A DNA stretch of 64,000 bases from assembly GCF_009914755.1 (NCBI RefSeq), contig NC_060931.1; one strand, given 5' to 3'. This document shows, in pieces, positions 1 through 11,950 of this stretch. The position numbers and the translations under genes are program-made. The notes below the pieces were generated by a model. That model was given only the letters and a program-made list of their open reading frames with translations, was not told where the DNA came from and did not search any database. The DNA is from the human T2T-CHM13v2.0 reference genome, Homo sapiens. The stretch's first letter is position 1; each line of letters opens with the position of its first letter.

Positions 1-1093
1 CAGCGATCTGGCTTCACTTTGCTCATCTGTAAAACAGTAGACTAGGCAAGTGGCCATCTAGGATGCCCCCAGTCACAAAAATAAAAAACTCAAATTATTT
101 TCAGAGACATTTACATCTAAGATAAAGCTTAGAGATAATGAACACAACATCCTTTTCAATGATTAAAAAATTGGGGTTCTAAAAATAGAGATGACTTGTC
201 CAAGATCAGGTTAAAGGTCAAGTTCACATAGAGGAATGCTGGGAATGAAACATTCATCAGCCAGTTAACAATTTGGTGCTCTCCTCTGTCTCTTCATCTA
301 TTCCAAGAGATGTTTCTGAAAGGAAAATATCAAATATAACAGAAACCAAAATAAAATTGCCAAGCTACTTTCTAAAATGTCATCTTCAGCATTAATATTA
401 TTGTAAAATTTTTAAATATTATATCCATGTAAAACAAATTAAAAACAAACCAGAAAACTCAAACTGCTCACAAAAAGTGTGGTCTAGGTCTTGCTCCTCT
501 TTCTTTTGCTTAAAGCCCTCCTTTCAAAGGATGATCGATGGTGAATTTTGTGCTACACCAAAAATCATGGCAGTAATAACAAAGAGGTAGGTATTTGCAA
601 ACCACAAACCTAAAAGAAATCTAGAAAGATAAAAATATAAAGTGTAAAACAACACTAGAAACAGAACAAATGGGTTACCTCTGCTAAAGAAAAAAGTAAT
701 TTTAAAAGTTTGCAGTATAAATTATATTCACCTTTGATTTTATTTAGTTTGGTTTACATAAATTTCAAATATCAAATCAAATTTCACATACAGATTTTAC
801 TCTGTATTTATGGTGGTGTTTTCTCTAAAAGCTTAATTTCAAAAGCTGAAGAATGAAGGAACACCCTAATCAGATAAAAGTCTCGATCAAGTTCTGTGAA
901 GGAATACTACGCCCTTCGATGTCAGCACAGAACATTATTAAATCATAGGTCTAAATGTTATCCTTATATTTTATTGGGATCAAATTATAAAACTTGGAAG
1001 GCTCTTACAAATCTTACTTTAAAGAATTGCACCAACTTAAATTTTCTTTTTATGGAAGAATAACCTCAGATAAATTGACTTTATCATCTAAGA

Positions 1094-1710
1094 CTATGCA
1101 GTCCAATATAGCAGACACTAGCCACATGTAATATGAGCACTTGAGATACGGCTGGTATGAATTCAGATGAGCTCTAAATGTAAAATTCACACTGGATTTT
1201 GAAGACTTAGTAACAAAAAATTAAAATGTCTCATTAATAAATCCATGTATTTATAGTTATAAAAATTATTTCATGTTGATATATTGTATATATCTAAATT
1301 TTATATAACTACATTTATATATTACATATTTACATATGTATATTATATATTCTGCTTTATATTTAATTATATTTTTTGCTTATTTATTACTTTTTTATAT
1401 TTTACGTTGAAACAATATTTTGAATATTTTGGGTTAGATCAAATAAATTATCAATTTAATTTAAGCTGTTTCTTTTTAGTTTTTGTTTGTTTTGAGACAG
1501 GGTCTTACTGTGTTGCCCAGGCTGGTCTTGAACTCCTAGGCTCAAACAATCCTCCCACCTCAGCCTCCTGAGTAGCTGGAATTATAAGCATGGCACACGC
1601 CACAGCCCCCACCTTATTTCTTTTTAGTTTTTAAGCCAAAAATATTTTACTACTAGAATGTTTTAAATTATATATGTGGCTGCTGTTATATTTTTGTTGG
1701 AGAGCCTCAG
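1094..1710. mobile_element. MER33-like hAT-Charlie DNA transposon fossil, interrupted by an AT-rich tract and a FLAM
   Basis: Matches recalled MER33 consensus (gtccaata..gacactagccacatg..aaattcacactggattttgaagacttagt; end tatgtggct..tttttgttgg); similar tctaag flanks at both ends. Confidence 0.75.
1480..1612 (-). mobile_element. FLAM (free left Alu monomer) inserted into MER33
   Basis: Single Alu-arm sequence; TSD tttctttttagtttt at ~1469 and ~1617. Confidence 0.8.
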
Positions 1711-2110
1711 TCTAAGGCATCAAACAAATCAAAAAAGAGCTAGAAATTAATTCTATAACTTCGGTCACCAATATTCTGTACTAGTTACAAATACCCTTAA
1801 ACAGTTATTTCTGCTCAGAATCTCTGACATTCTGTCAGAGATGTCATTACAAAAATAAAATCATATGTATCTTCTTTTGAAATAACCTACAAAATGATTG
1901 TACTCCATATTTTTACAAGTTTAAAAAGGTCCAAATCTGTGTGCACAATGTACTATTTGTGTCAAATTAGATTTATGTGAATAGTAAGTGAAGTGGTGGG
2001 CTACTATAAGACCATCAGAAGTAAAAATGTAAGGACAATGTGATGTAATATATACAATATGTATCCACAAATGTAAAATGTATACATATATTTAGAAATC
2101 ACAAATATAT

Positions 2111-2421
2111 ATAGCTGACCCTTAAAGAAAATGGGTTTGGACTGCATAGGTCCACCTATACACCAGTTTTTTTCAACCAAAGGCAAATAGAAAATATATC
2201 TTCTATTTTTTTATAATCATATTTTTATATTTAAGTACATTTTTTGCTTATAATTAAATATAAAGAGAGAAACCTGGCATGAGAAACCTGTGTATATGGA
2301 AAGTCAACTTTTCATATACATACATGGGTTCTGCAGGGCTCTGCAGGACTTGAGCATGTGTGGATTTTCATAGCTGAGGGTGGTCCTAGAACCAATCCCC
2401 TGTGTATACAGAGGGATGACT
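2111..2421. mobile_element. MER8-like (TcMar-Tigger) fossil with ~80 bp AT-rich interruption
   Basis: Start gctgacccttaaag..gggtttggactgc..ggtccac and end tcctagaaccaatcccc..gagggatgact match recalled MER8 consensus. Confidence 0.75.
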
Positions 2422-3899
2422 TTAATTCATATGTACATAGAAACGTATGAATGGTTAATAATAACAGTGTGAAGGAAGAACCAAGAGTATGAATGTGGGG
2501 ACTATAATTATATGAAATTGCACGTAAGCATAATATCAGCCATCAGAATAATCAGGGAGATGCTAATGTTTATAAGGTTCTCTTCCTTTAAGATTAAATT
2601 CATAATTTGAAGCCTCCAAAAGATGTGATCAAGCAATTTGTTATGACTCCACAGAACCTCCTGGCTGAGAGTGAGGAGAGAATTTACACATCATTTAGTC
2701 CAACCTCCTCTTTTCACTGAAGGAACTGAGGGAAATTTGGGGAAATTTCCCAAGTCACAGAGTAAAATTTGTCTCATTAGTCTTAAATTACTGAACTATG
2801 CAGACACCAATATGTGGTTTATAAAATGTGTATGCTGTGCACGGGTCCTGTAAACAAACCACCACAGCTCCTTTATCTGGAAATGGCACATATTCCAGAA
2901 CTTTCCTTGGTTAAGCTGTGGCAGGTAAATCATGTTTGAGTTTGGGCTGGCTTAGGAGCAGGGAATGCAGGCAGTCCAGGCAGGGGAAGGGAGGAGCAAG
3001 AAAGGATCTCAGAGGTCAGCAGCAAAGGGAAGCAGGCAGCAGAAGAAAGCACTATATGATCATGTATGCTCAGCTAACAGCACCACACTTGCGTCTGCTG
3101 GGTCATCTAGTTGGCGTTATTTGAGAACTAATAAAGATCCCTTTTTCAGGTTCTCTCTACTTTCTCAGGAAATAAACAGCAGCAAAGCCCAGAGCTTATA
3201 AAGCACAAGACTGGTTATTTTGATGGGGGTCAGGAAAGACAGGGATATTGGGCATGTACCCTCTAGGGCAGACCAGGTAGAAAACCCAGAAAGTTGCTTG
3301 AAGGTACTGAGTTCCAGGTTAGGAGTGCAGAGAAGAGAGAAACAGGAAGCAGAAAGTGGGGAGTGGCTTAGCACAAACACAACACAATGTTTACATACTT
3401 CACAATGATGCCAATGCTGCAAATGGCAACACTGAGTCAACAGCATTAGGCACCAGGACACTTAGCTCCTGGCCTTCAGGGAGCAGTGGGAAGAAAACCC
3501 TGCAGGGTGGTGACAGGCAGTCTCCCTCTTCACGCACTCTGGGGAACCATGGCCTTGGCACTGCGCTGGGCACCTTCTGTCACAGTTTCCACTCTCTGTG
3601 CACCCCTGCTCACTTCTTTGGAGCTATCCAGAATCATGACCACAACCTGCTGTTCGCTTCCTTCTCCCTAGGAAGGACAGCTCCTACACTCTTACCCCTG
3701 CCCACCTTAGTCCATCTTTCTGTCTCTTCTCTTTCATGTTAATCAACCTCCCTTGGCTTCTACCATCAGGCCTCATTCTTCAAACTCTTTCTCAGTTCCC
3801 ATCCTCTTCCTTCTCTTCACAGTCAAGAGTTCTAAGCCCATGCTCTCTGGTTCCTTTCTCCACCAGCCCAGAGAACATCTTTCACTATGGGCCCCACTC

Positions 3900-5430
3900 A
3901 AGTCCTCATTTCTCATGACTTTTGACCACGTTCTCTTCCTTTCTTGAAATGCTCCTCTTCCTCTACTTTTCAGGAAATATTCTCCACACTTTTCTATCTT
4001 TTCAATTTTCTTTGCTAGCTTCTTTTCCTCTGTGTCTGCATCTCAAATATCAGTATCTGTAAGGTTCCAAGCTTGGAACTTTACTTGCTCTCATTAGGTG
4101 ATTTCTCATTAGGTGAGGCCACTTCCATGGCTTCAACTGCCAGCTGTATGCCAACAACTTCCAAAATCACACACCTCTCCAGGGCACCAGATCCACATTT
4201 CCACCTCCAGATGGTAATCTTCACCTGGATTGTTCCACAGGCACTTCAAATTCAGCACATCTAAAACTAAACTCCTCTTTCCATCTGCACTCTCAAATTC
4301 TTCTTCTTTCTGTGGTCCCTATGTTAATTACCAGCACTAAATGTACTGAATGGCCTAAGTTGAAAACCTCACTTCTTTCTCTTTTTTTTTTTTTTTGGCA
4401 GGGTCTTGCTCTGTTGCCCAGGCTGGAGTGCAGTGGCACAATCATGACTCACTGCAGCCCTGACCTGCTGGGCTCAAGCAATCCTCTTACTTAGCCTACC
4501 AAGTAGCTGGGACTACAGGCACATACCACCACACCCAGCTAATTTTTTAAATTGTTGGTAGAGATGAGTTCTCACTATGTTGCCCAGGCTGGTCTCAAAC
4601 ACTTGAGTTCAAGCAATCCTCTTGCCCTGGTCTCCCAAAGTGCTAGGATCACAGACATGAGCCACCACACCCAGCCTCTTTCATCTTTTGCAACCAGTCT
4701 CCAGGTTCTCTCCATTCTACCTCTTAAAAAGCGATTGAATGCATCTTATCTTTTCTATCTTCACAGCTTAGGCCTTAAGAGGCAATGCTATCTGTGTACC
4801 TGTCCATTCCAATCTTTACAACACTGCCCGACCTATCACTATATGATGCAAATCAAATTTTTCCACTCTCCTACTTAAAATGTTTTAATTGCTTTCTCTT
4901 GCCACTAGAGAAATTCCAAACATTTTTTGAAAAAACACAGGCCCCTTTACATCCTGGCTCCCTTCCCCCCAAATCTTACTCTCCTCCCCACCCTCCGATA
5001 GAACTATTCCCTCTGCGCATGTCAGAACGCTTGAGCTTCCCTGAATATACTATGCACTTCAAGGACTTGAGATGATTCTTTCCACTTGGAATGCCCTCCC
5101 CCTCCTTTGTCTGATTGCCTAACTTAGAATTTACATCAAGACTCTCCTCAAATGTTGCCTCTTCAGTGAAGTATTCCCAACTCAACATCTCGTCTCTATC
5201 CCTCTCCCCATGGGTCTTGCACTCCAGACCTCCCCACTGAAGAGTTAACTGCTCCATACTGGTGGTGCCACTGCACTCCTGTACTCTCCTTCAAGGAGCT
5301 AATTACATCTGTATCTCCTGCACTAGACTGTAGGTCCCATGAGTACAGGGACCCTCAAGTTCATCTTTGCCTCCTTAGCACCAAGCATGGCCCCTGGAGC
5401 ACAGTAGCCATTCAGTACATATGTGCTGGG
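3900..5430 (+). mobile_element. L2 LINE fragments including 3' end, interrupted by an Alu
   Basis: L2 hallmarks: cacttcaaattcagcacatctaaaactaaactc; ctagactgtaggtcccatgagtacaggg..gcacagtag. Confidence 0.7.
4381..4677 (-). mobile_element. AluJ-type SINE
   Basis: Dimeric Alu, poly(T) at left, J-type features (ggctcaagcaatcctc). Confidence 0.9.
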
Positions 5431-5459
5431 CAAGGGGCAATAATTATGTTCTACCACTT

Positions 5460-5650
5460 ACCAAGCACTTTACATGTGTGAAGCACTTAACATCATTATG
5501 TCATCGCCACACATTATGAAGGGGATATCAACCCATTTTGCAAGTGAGAAACAAAGTTTAGAAGGACGAAGTAATTTACCCAAAGTCAACAACTGGTAAA
5601 CACAAGTTTACTTTTGACTTCTGAGCTCCTGTTTTTAACTACTCTGCTCT
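5460..5650 (-). mobile_element. MIR SINE
   Basis: MIR core: cccattttgcaagtgagaaac..aagtaatttacccaaagtca. Confidence 0.65.
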
Positions 5651-6589
5651 ACTCTTGGATGAAAGGAGCTTGATTAATGGGGCTGTTTCAATAAAAACAA
5701 TCTCCCCCAATCACAGGCTTAGGTGCTGGGTTAGGCCCAAATCCACTGCCAATATAGTGCTACTGTGCACAACAAAACCTGCAATTGCTGATTGATTTCT
5801 TCCTTGATAGTTGTCAGGGTTCCTATGACTAAGGAGAGGGGCACTATTTATAAATATCAGCTTCTTGGTTTCTGGCTTAGAATGCTCTACCCTGGAAATA
5901 TCACAGAGAAGACCGGATTTTCCCCTAGGTACTATTAGGTTTCAGAAACTGATGTCTATGCCCTGTTCTGGGAACAGAGATGTGGCAGTGAGTGTGATCA
6001 TGATGATGGTAAGAGATGGATTTCAATATGTATACTCTTGGAACATTGTTGCAATACTTAAGAGTCACTTCTTGTACAAATACTTTCACTAACTAGAACC
6101 AGAGGACCTTTCTAGTCTCCAATCTAGACTCTTAAAATTAACAATGACTACTATCTATATATTCAGTGGTCCATCACTGAACACATATACCTCATATTTT
6201 CCACTCCACAGAACTATATTGCATTCAGTCACCCTCTCTTAATTCATGTATTTTCTGCTAAATGTATTCTAAAATTGAACTCTGCAATGTTCTCTGATTC
6301 TAATGACTTTTTAATATTAGTCCCCTATTTTCTACTAATACCTCCACCACCTCCACAACCATGCAACGAATATTTAGAATCAGTCCTGTGCTTACACTAA
6401 TTAGTGCATCTAATCCTCCTGAATCACAGATGATCAGACTTGTCCAAGGCCACTCAGCTAGTAAGGGACACACATAGACACTGGGCTCCAGACACGAGGA
6501 CTATTTGTATTAGCATTCTCTCCCTTACTTGTTGACTTTTGTACACACATACACATGGTTGGGAGTGGGGAACGCTCTTTCTCCCCACT

Positions 6590-6910
6590 CCCAACCCTTA
6601 TTTACCTGCTGAATTCCTACTGGTTGTTTCAGGCTCAACTCAAGGGCAATCTCCTCCATGAAGCATCTCAGGGTTTCTCTGCCCTTTCTCCTGTTGGGGT
6701 GGGATGCCCCCGCCCTGGGCTGCATTACCACCTGTGTCTCTATCTCCTTCTTGCTTTCCCTGAAAGGCAATTGGTTAGTTGACTCCTCTCTTTCCCTCTT
6801 TTACTCAGCTGTACGCTCCTCCAGAGCATGGTGGGGTCTGAGTCTTGGGATTCTGAGTGTTTAGCACAGTGTGTAGCTCATGGCACATATACAACCAATG
6901 CTTGTTCAAT
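6590..6910 (+). mobile_element. L2 3' fragment
   Basis: aattcctactggttgtttcaggctcaactcaa..ttagcacagtgtgtagctcatggc..caatgcttgtt. Confidence 0.6.
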
Positions 6911-7689
6911 ACTAAGTCATCCCACTTCTCTGATTTGGTCAAAGGCCTGATGGATGATGTCATCTGACTTAGCAAGAGAGACAGATGATTCCCATCATGA
7001 GTGATGCAGGCCATCATTTCCCCACCTTTTCATGAACTCATTCTAGCTCACTAGGTTTACACTGGGACAAGGAGTTACCACTAATTGAGGAACTGCCACT
7101 TCTCAGACACTGGGGTGTATGCTTCACCCACATCACGGAGTATCCTCGCAATACGGCCAAGTTGACATAATGATTTATATTCATTTCACGAAGAAGTTTA
7201 AGTTCAGTTATCTTAAGCAACTGGCCTACAGTCACATAGTAGGCAGGCTTTGTTATAAAAACAGGTATAAAATGCCCTATCACATGTAGTCTTCCCTGTC
7301 CTGGAGAGATTCATTAGTTATTTGTGAAAATTACTTACAGGTCAAAAAACAAAAACTATGTTAATTTGATGCTATAATACTAAATAGTAAATTGCTAGAA
7401 TAGTGAAAGTGTGGTCAGCCAGGATTTTTAGAGGCTCCAAGGCAGTTCTACCATATGCATCTATCCAGGGCAAATCATGCCTGCAGTCCTTATCAGACAG
7501 ATGGAGATTATAATATCTACTTATCTCAAAGGGGGTTGAGTATCACATAAGATCATAGTTGCCAAAGTGCTTTGTGAAGGAAGAGGACAGAGGCTCATTT
7601 TAGAGTAGTGTGCTGGACAGTCTGTGGGAGACCCTAGGGATCAGAGCTACCTGAGATGTTGCTTAACAGCAGATGAAGGAAGCTTGACC

Positions 7690-7932
7690 GGGAATCCACA
7701 CTTATTTTAACAAGCCCCCAAATGATTCTCTGGGACACTAAAGTTTGAGAAATAACAGGTTACAGCATTGCTTCTCAAATGTTAACATACTCATGGAGAT
7801 CTTGTTAAAATGGAGATTTGAATTCACTGGGTCTGGAAGAGAGTAGCAGGCACGCTAAGATTTTGCATTTCTAATAAGCTCCCAGGGGAGGCCACATGCT
7901 ACTGGTCCATGGACCACGTTTGAGTGACAGGG
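7690..7932. mobile_element. MER5A/B hAT fossils (two adjacent pieces)
   Basis: ttttaacaagccccc..aagtttgagaa; ggagatcttgttaaaatg..tgcatttctaataagctcccagg..ggaccacgtttgagt. Confidence 0.7.
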
Positions 7933-8169
7933 GCTTGGAAGATCTATCCCCACTGGAACAAATTAGATTTGTTTTGTTTCTGGTTGCACCCCCCAACTTC
8001 AGAGAGTGTTTTCCATAAAGCCCAGGGTCTTAGTATTGGTACAAAATTATTTGAACTACTCAAAACCAAATTGAAATACACTTCCTATCACAGGCAAAGC
8101 AGCAGCATTCTTTTTAGATACGGATAGCATATGTTTAGCATGTGAAAAAATAATTTATTACTACTGAGT

Positions 8170-8372
8170 GAGTCCTATTTAAAAGCGTGCAAAGCATTTT
8201 ATATACATTATCTCTAATCTCCACCCTGCCCCTAAAAAGGTGGATATTCCTGTTCTGTAGATAAGGAAATGGTGACTTAAGTAACTTGGTCAAGGTCACA
8301 CGGCTAGTTAGGTGTTACCGCAGGGATTCTGATTTTGCTCCATCAGGATCCAAAGCCCATGAGTCCTCCATA
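8170..8372 (-). mobile_element. MIR SINE
   Basis: gataaggaaatgg..taagtaacttggtcaaggtcacacggctagtta. Confidence 0.65.
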
Positions 8373-9979
8373 CTCCCTCAGAGTGTTAGATATGATTGTG
8401 ATACGAAATGTATCAGCTTGGGAATCAAGAAAAAAGCGGGGGAAAAGTGTTTTTTGAGTTTAAAGTTCTGCTGAGGCAGATTGCGAATGGTGGTGGGGTT
8501 GGGGGATAAGATTCATTAGTGATCTATGTTGCCTCATGGACAAAACATGCAGATAGCATCCTTATTAATGGTTCCCATAAATCTAGTAATGCAGATGGAA
8601 AAAAAGGACACTAGTGACCAGCGTGCTGATTATAAACACTGCCACCTACCCTCAGGCTCAACCAACGAAGAGGAAAAATTCATCCTGACACTTGGGGCCT
8701 GTTAACTTCCTCCCTCTCTCGCATGAGGTTTCTATAATCTTAAAAGTTCATACCAAACATAGGTTTATCCTTCTACGTTATGGCATAACTACCAGACCTC
8801 CATACCGCTAATGCTGCTTGCACCTGAAAAAAATGTACTATTTAGTCAAATACCTTGAAAACGTACTGATTTTGAAGGCTCTGAGTAACAAAATTTTCTA
8901 TACTTTTCGTGAGATTGATCTTTATGCACTGCGGTAAAGATGCGTAGAGAAAGCAGTCAGATAGTTACTCAGGTGTTCCAAATGGGGGAAAATAGTTACA
9001 AAATAAACCACCCAGGCAATTACCATCCAGTATCTTTAGCACTCAATGATCCACGGGTGGAGGATACAGGGTTAACGTTTTTTAACATCAGGTCTCTCCA
9101 CAAATAGCCCGCTGTAGCTTAACTGTTACGTTTTCTAAAGATTCATCTTTATAAACAGTACAATTATTTCCCTTTGTAATACAAACAGAAACAATTAGAA
9201 AGCAACATCTCCTGCAATTAAGATGTATGTACAGTATTAGTATAAAACCAAAGAGTGATATTTGAGCTATTCAGGATTATAAATTGATTTTGTCCCTGTG
9301 GTATTCTCTACAAAGGGTGTTTCAAAAATAAAGACTGAAATCTAAAAATATATCTTTGGTTTGAAAACTTACTTAAAAGCATTTTTAGAGAGTGTGTGTT
9401 TTAAACAGGGGGTATGAAATTGCATCGGGAGCCTAGATTTCAAACTAAGCATTTCTTATTTCACTCCCTAACCACAGAACAGTTCAGATCTCAGATTCAA
9501 ACCAGAGGGCCACAGAAACCAATTTGAGATTTTCCGAAGAGACTTCACTGAAACGTATGGACAAAAACATGTTTGCGATGAGTCATATTTTATAGGACCT
9601 TAATGGCCAATAAATGCCTTATGTGTCTTTCTTCCTACATTCAGTATCACTCCCAAGCAAGCTGGTGACATATTTTCCAGGCCTTGATAATTTTTATACC
9701 GTTACCAGATCTCGGTTACTAAGATTCATGAACAAAACCCTTTCTTGCGCTAATTTTTTAATGCCATCTAAATGAAGAGAACGCGATTCTTTCCAAACTA
9801 ACTCTCCCCAACCAGGCAGTTAATGCCCTTCGCCAGAATAAGGGCGCGATACTTTTAAGACCCCAAAGAGAAGCTCAGGTGCTTTGGGGGTACTACAAGT
9901 AAAAAGACAGTGGGAAAGGTTCCTGGAGAGCCGCTTTGGGGGAAAGGCAGACATAACAACAGGATATGTTCGTTTCTAG

Positions 9980-11230
9980 AGGAAGCAGGAGCTGCAATAG
10001 CCCCGGAGCAGGAAAGGCGGAGTCAGCAGCGCCCAAAGGAAACGGGCGCGCCAGGGTTTGCTGGAACCGGGGTTGCTTAGGGGTTCTCGCCCCGTCTAGT
10101 CCGAGACTGCTGAGCACCTCGCCCCCGGGGGACCAAGCTCAGGCCTCCTGGCACTAGTGGTTATAAAGAGGTACCCATATGCTCTCTGCCGCCCCTGCCA
10201 AAAAAAGGGCCACGGAGGGGAAGAGAAAAAGCACACACCAGGCGCCGCGGCAGGTGAACTTGTCAACAAGTCAACCCTGGACGCAAGTCCCTGCCCACCA
10301 GGGAGCTCGGGGTCCTGGGGCCGGAGCCGCCGGGAAGGCGAGGCGCGCGGTGGGTGGGTGGGGTGGGCTGGCATGGGTGCCGGTGCTCCCAGCGCTGGGG
10401 CCGGAGCGCGGAACGCTTCCCTACCGCTCCCCCGGGGCTGACGCACGCTCTCACGGCGCGCGCATCCTCCAGACCTTCCCAGGCCGGAGGGAGGAGGGGA
10501 GGGGAAGGGGCTGATGCGGTTCCCGCACCGGGATCCGGGACCCGAGGAGGCGACTCGCCTATCACGCGCCGCCCGCGGAGGGCAGAGAAGGCAGCTCCTA
10601 CCAGGCGTCCCCGACCGTCCCGGCTGCCGGGCGTCTCCTGCTGCTTCCTGCAGCCCGCCCGGCGCGCCCCCGCCCCGACCCCGGAGGGCAGGTACCTCGG
10701 AGCCCCGGCCCCCAGGAGCCTCCCGGCCGCGGTCGGAGCGTCCCTCCGGATCACTCATCCGACGTCAGCGTCAGCCGAAGGCGAGGGAAAGGGGCGGGGG
10801 GAGCGCAGGAACCGGCCCTTCCTGCGGCGGCCGCCACCAGCCGGAATAGCAACCGGCGGAGCCCGTGCGCACCGCAGCGCAGCGCAGCGGCCGGGGGGTG
10901 CGGGCGCCCTCGCCGCCCGGCTACCTACCGCCGCCTGGGCGCCGCCGCTGCCTCCCTTCCCCGCTTCTACCCTCCAGCAGACGCCCGCCGGAGCGACCCC
11001 TCCCAGGGTGACCGGGGGAAGGTGGGTGGCGTTGACCTCACCTTGCTTGGGGAGGGTCGGGGACTCGGGGAGTGAGTTTCTCTCTCTCTACTCCCCGGGG
11101 TCTCTCCTCGACCCCCATCTCCTGGGGTATCCCCCGCTCGGATCCGCCGCCCAGAGTGACCCCGCCCCTGCTCTCCGGCAGGTGTTCCACGTGGCCATAG
11201 CGTTTGCGTCACAATGACCTGGCGGACAGG
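9980..11230. promoter_or_regulatory. CpG-island promoter/first-exon region of an unidentified gene, probably transcribed on the minus strand
   Basis: ~1.2 kb very GC/CpG-rich and repeat-free. Motifs: GC box GGGGCGGGG 10791-10799, CRE-like CGACGTCA 10760-10767 plus CGTCA half site, NRF1-like GCGCA repeats ~10865-10887, E-box CACGTG 11188-11193. Minus-strand donor-like sites GCG|GTAGGT (~10930), GAG|GTACCT (~10696), CTG|GTAGGA (~10602), GCC|GTGAGA (~10455). Residual CpG shore extends leftward. Confidence 0.85.
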
Positions 11231-11769
11231 TGGGAGCCACAGCGTACACCCCAGGGTTCCCTCTGTGCTGTGCGTAGTGCCTACTGCTTGCTTCCAGGTT
11301 AAATTTCTGTAGCTTTAGAGGACAGGAGACTTCATGACTTCACTGCCAAGAAAAGTTACAGAGGCCTGCTGTACCTGGAAATCAAGTTTGAGCTTCGAGA
11401 ATAAAGGTCATGTTTTAAAAACAGCTGTGTATGTATAGGTATATGTTTTTCATTTCCATATATTTCTGTATCTTTTATTTTTAAGTTATTGCCATTTGTA
11501 GCAGTTTCATCTTCTCTTATCCTTTGTCACCAGGAAAGAACCAAACCATTGTTTCTAGAGACCCTGCAGTATACAGATCACAGGAAGAAAAAGTGTTGGC
11601 ATAGCTGCTTCCTAATATTATCTATGTGGAAATGAAACCTCAATGTAGTATGACTTCATCCCTAGTTATGTTATACATTTATAAATAAGTTCATTCAGTC
11701 GTCGCTGAAACAATTTAAAAGGGCCGAATGATAGTTATTGAGTAATGATGCTGACGAATCAGAAATCCT

Positions 11770-11950
11770 GCGCTAACATGGATGGAGTGCTAGCTCTATG
11801 TCCGGCACATGCTGTATGCTTTATATTTAATCCTTACAGCAACCCAATACTGTAGATAAAATCATTATCCCGATTTCACAGATGAAGACACTGCCCAGAG
11901 TGCCATAAAGAGATTATTGAGCAGGGATTTGAATCTGAACCAGGAGACTT
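11770..11950 (-). mobile_element. MIR SINE
   Basis: tttaatccttacagcaaccc..attatcccgatttcacagatgaagacactg..gggatttgaatc. Confidence 0.7.

Noticed and set aside
9498-9514. CTCF-like aaaccagagggccac
   Set aside because: Three mismatches to the core consensus
10096-11217. Long ORFs (220, 287, 163 aa) across the CpG island
   Set aside because: Low-complexity Arg/Gly/Pro/Ala frames expected from stop-poor GC-rich DNA; no recognisable domain
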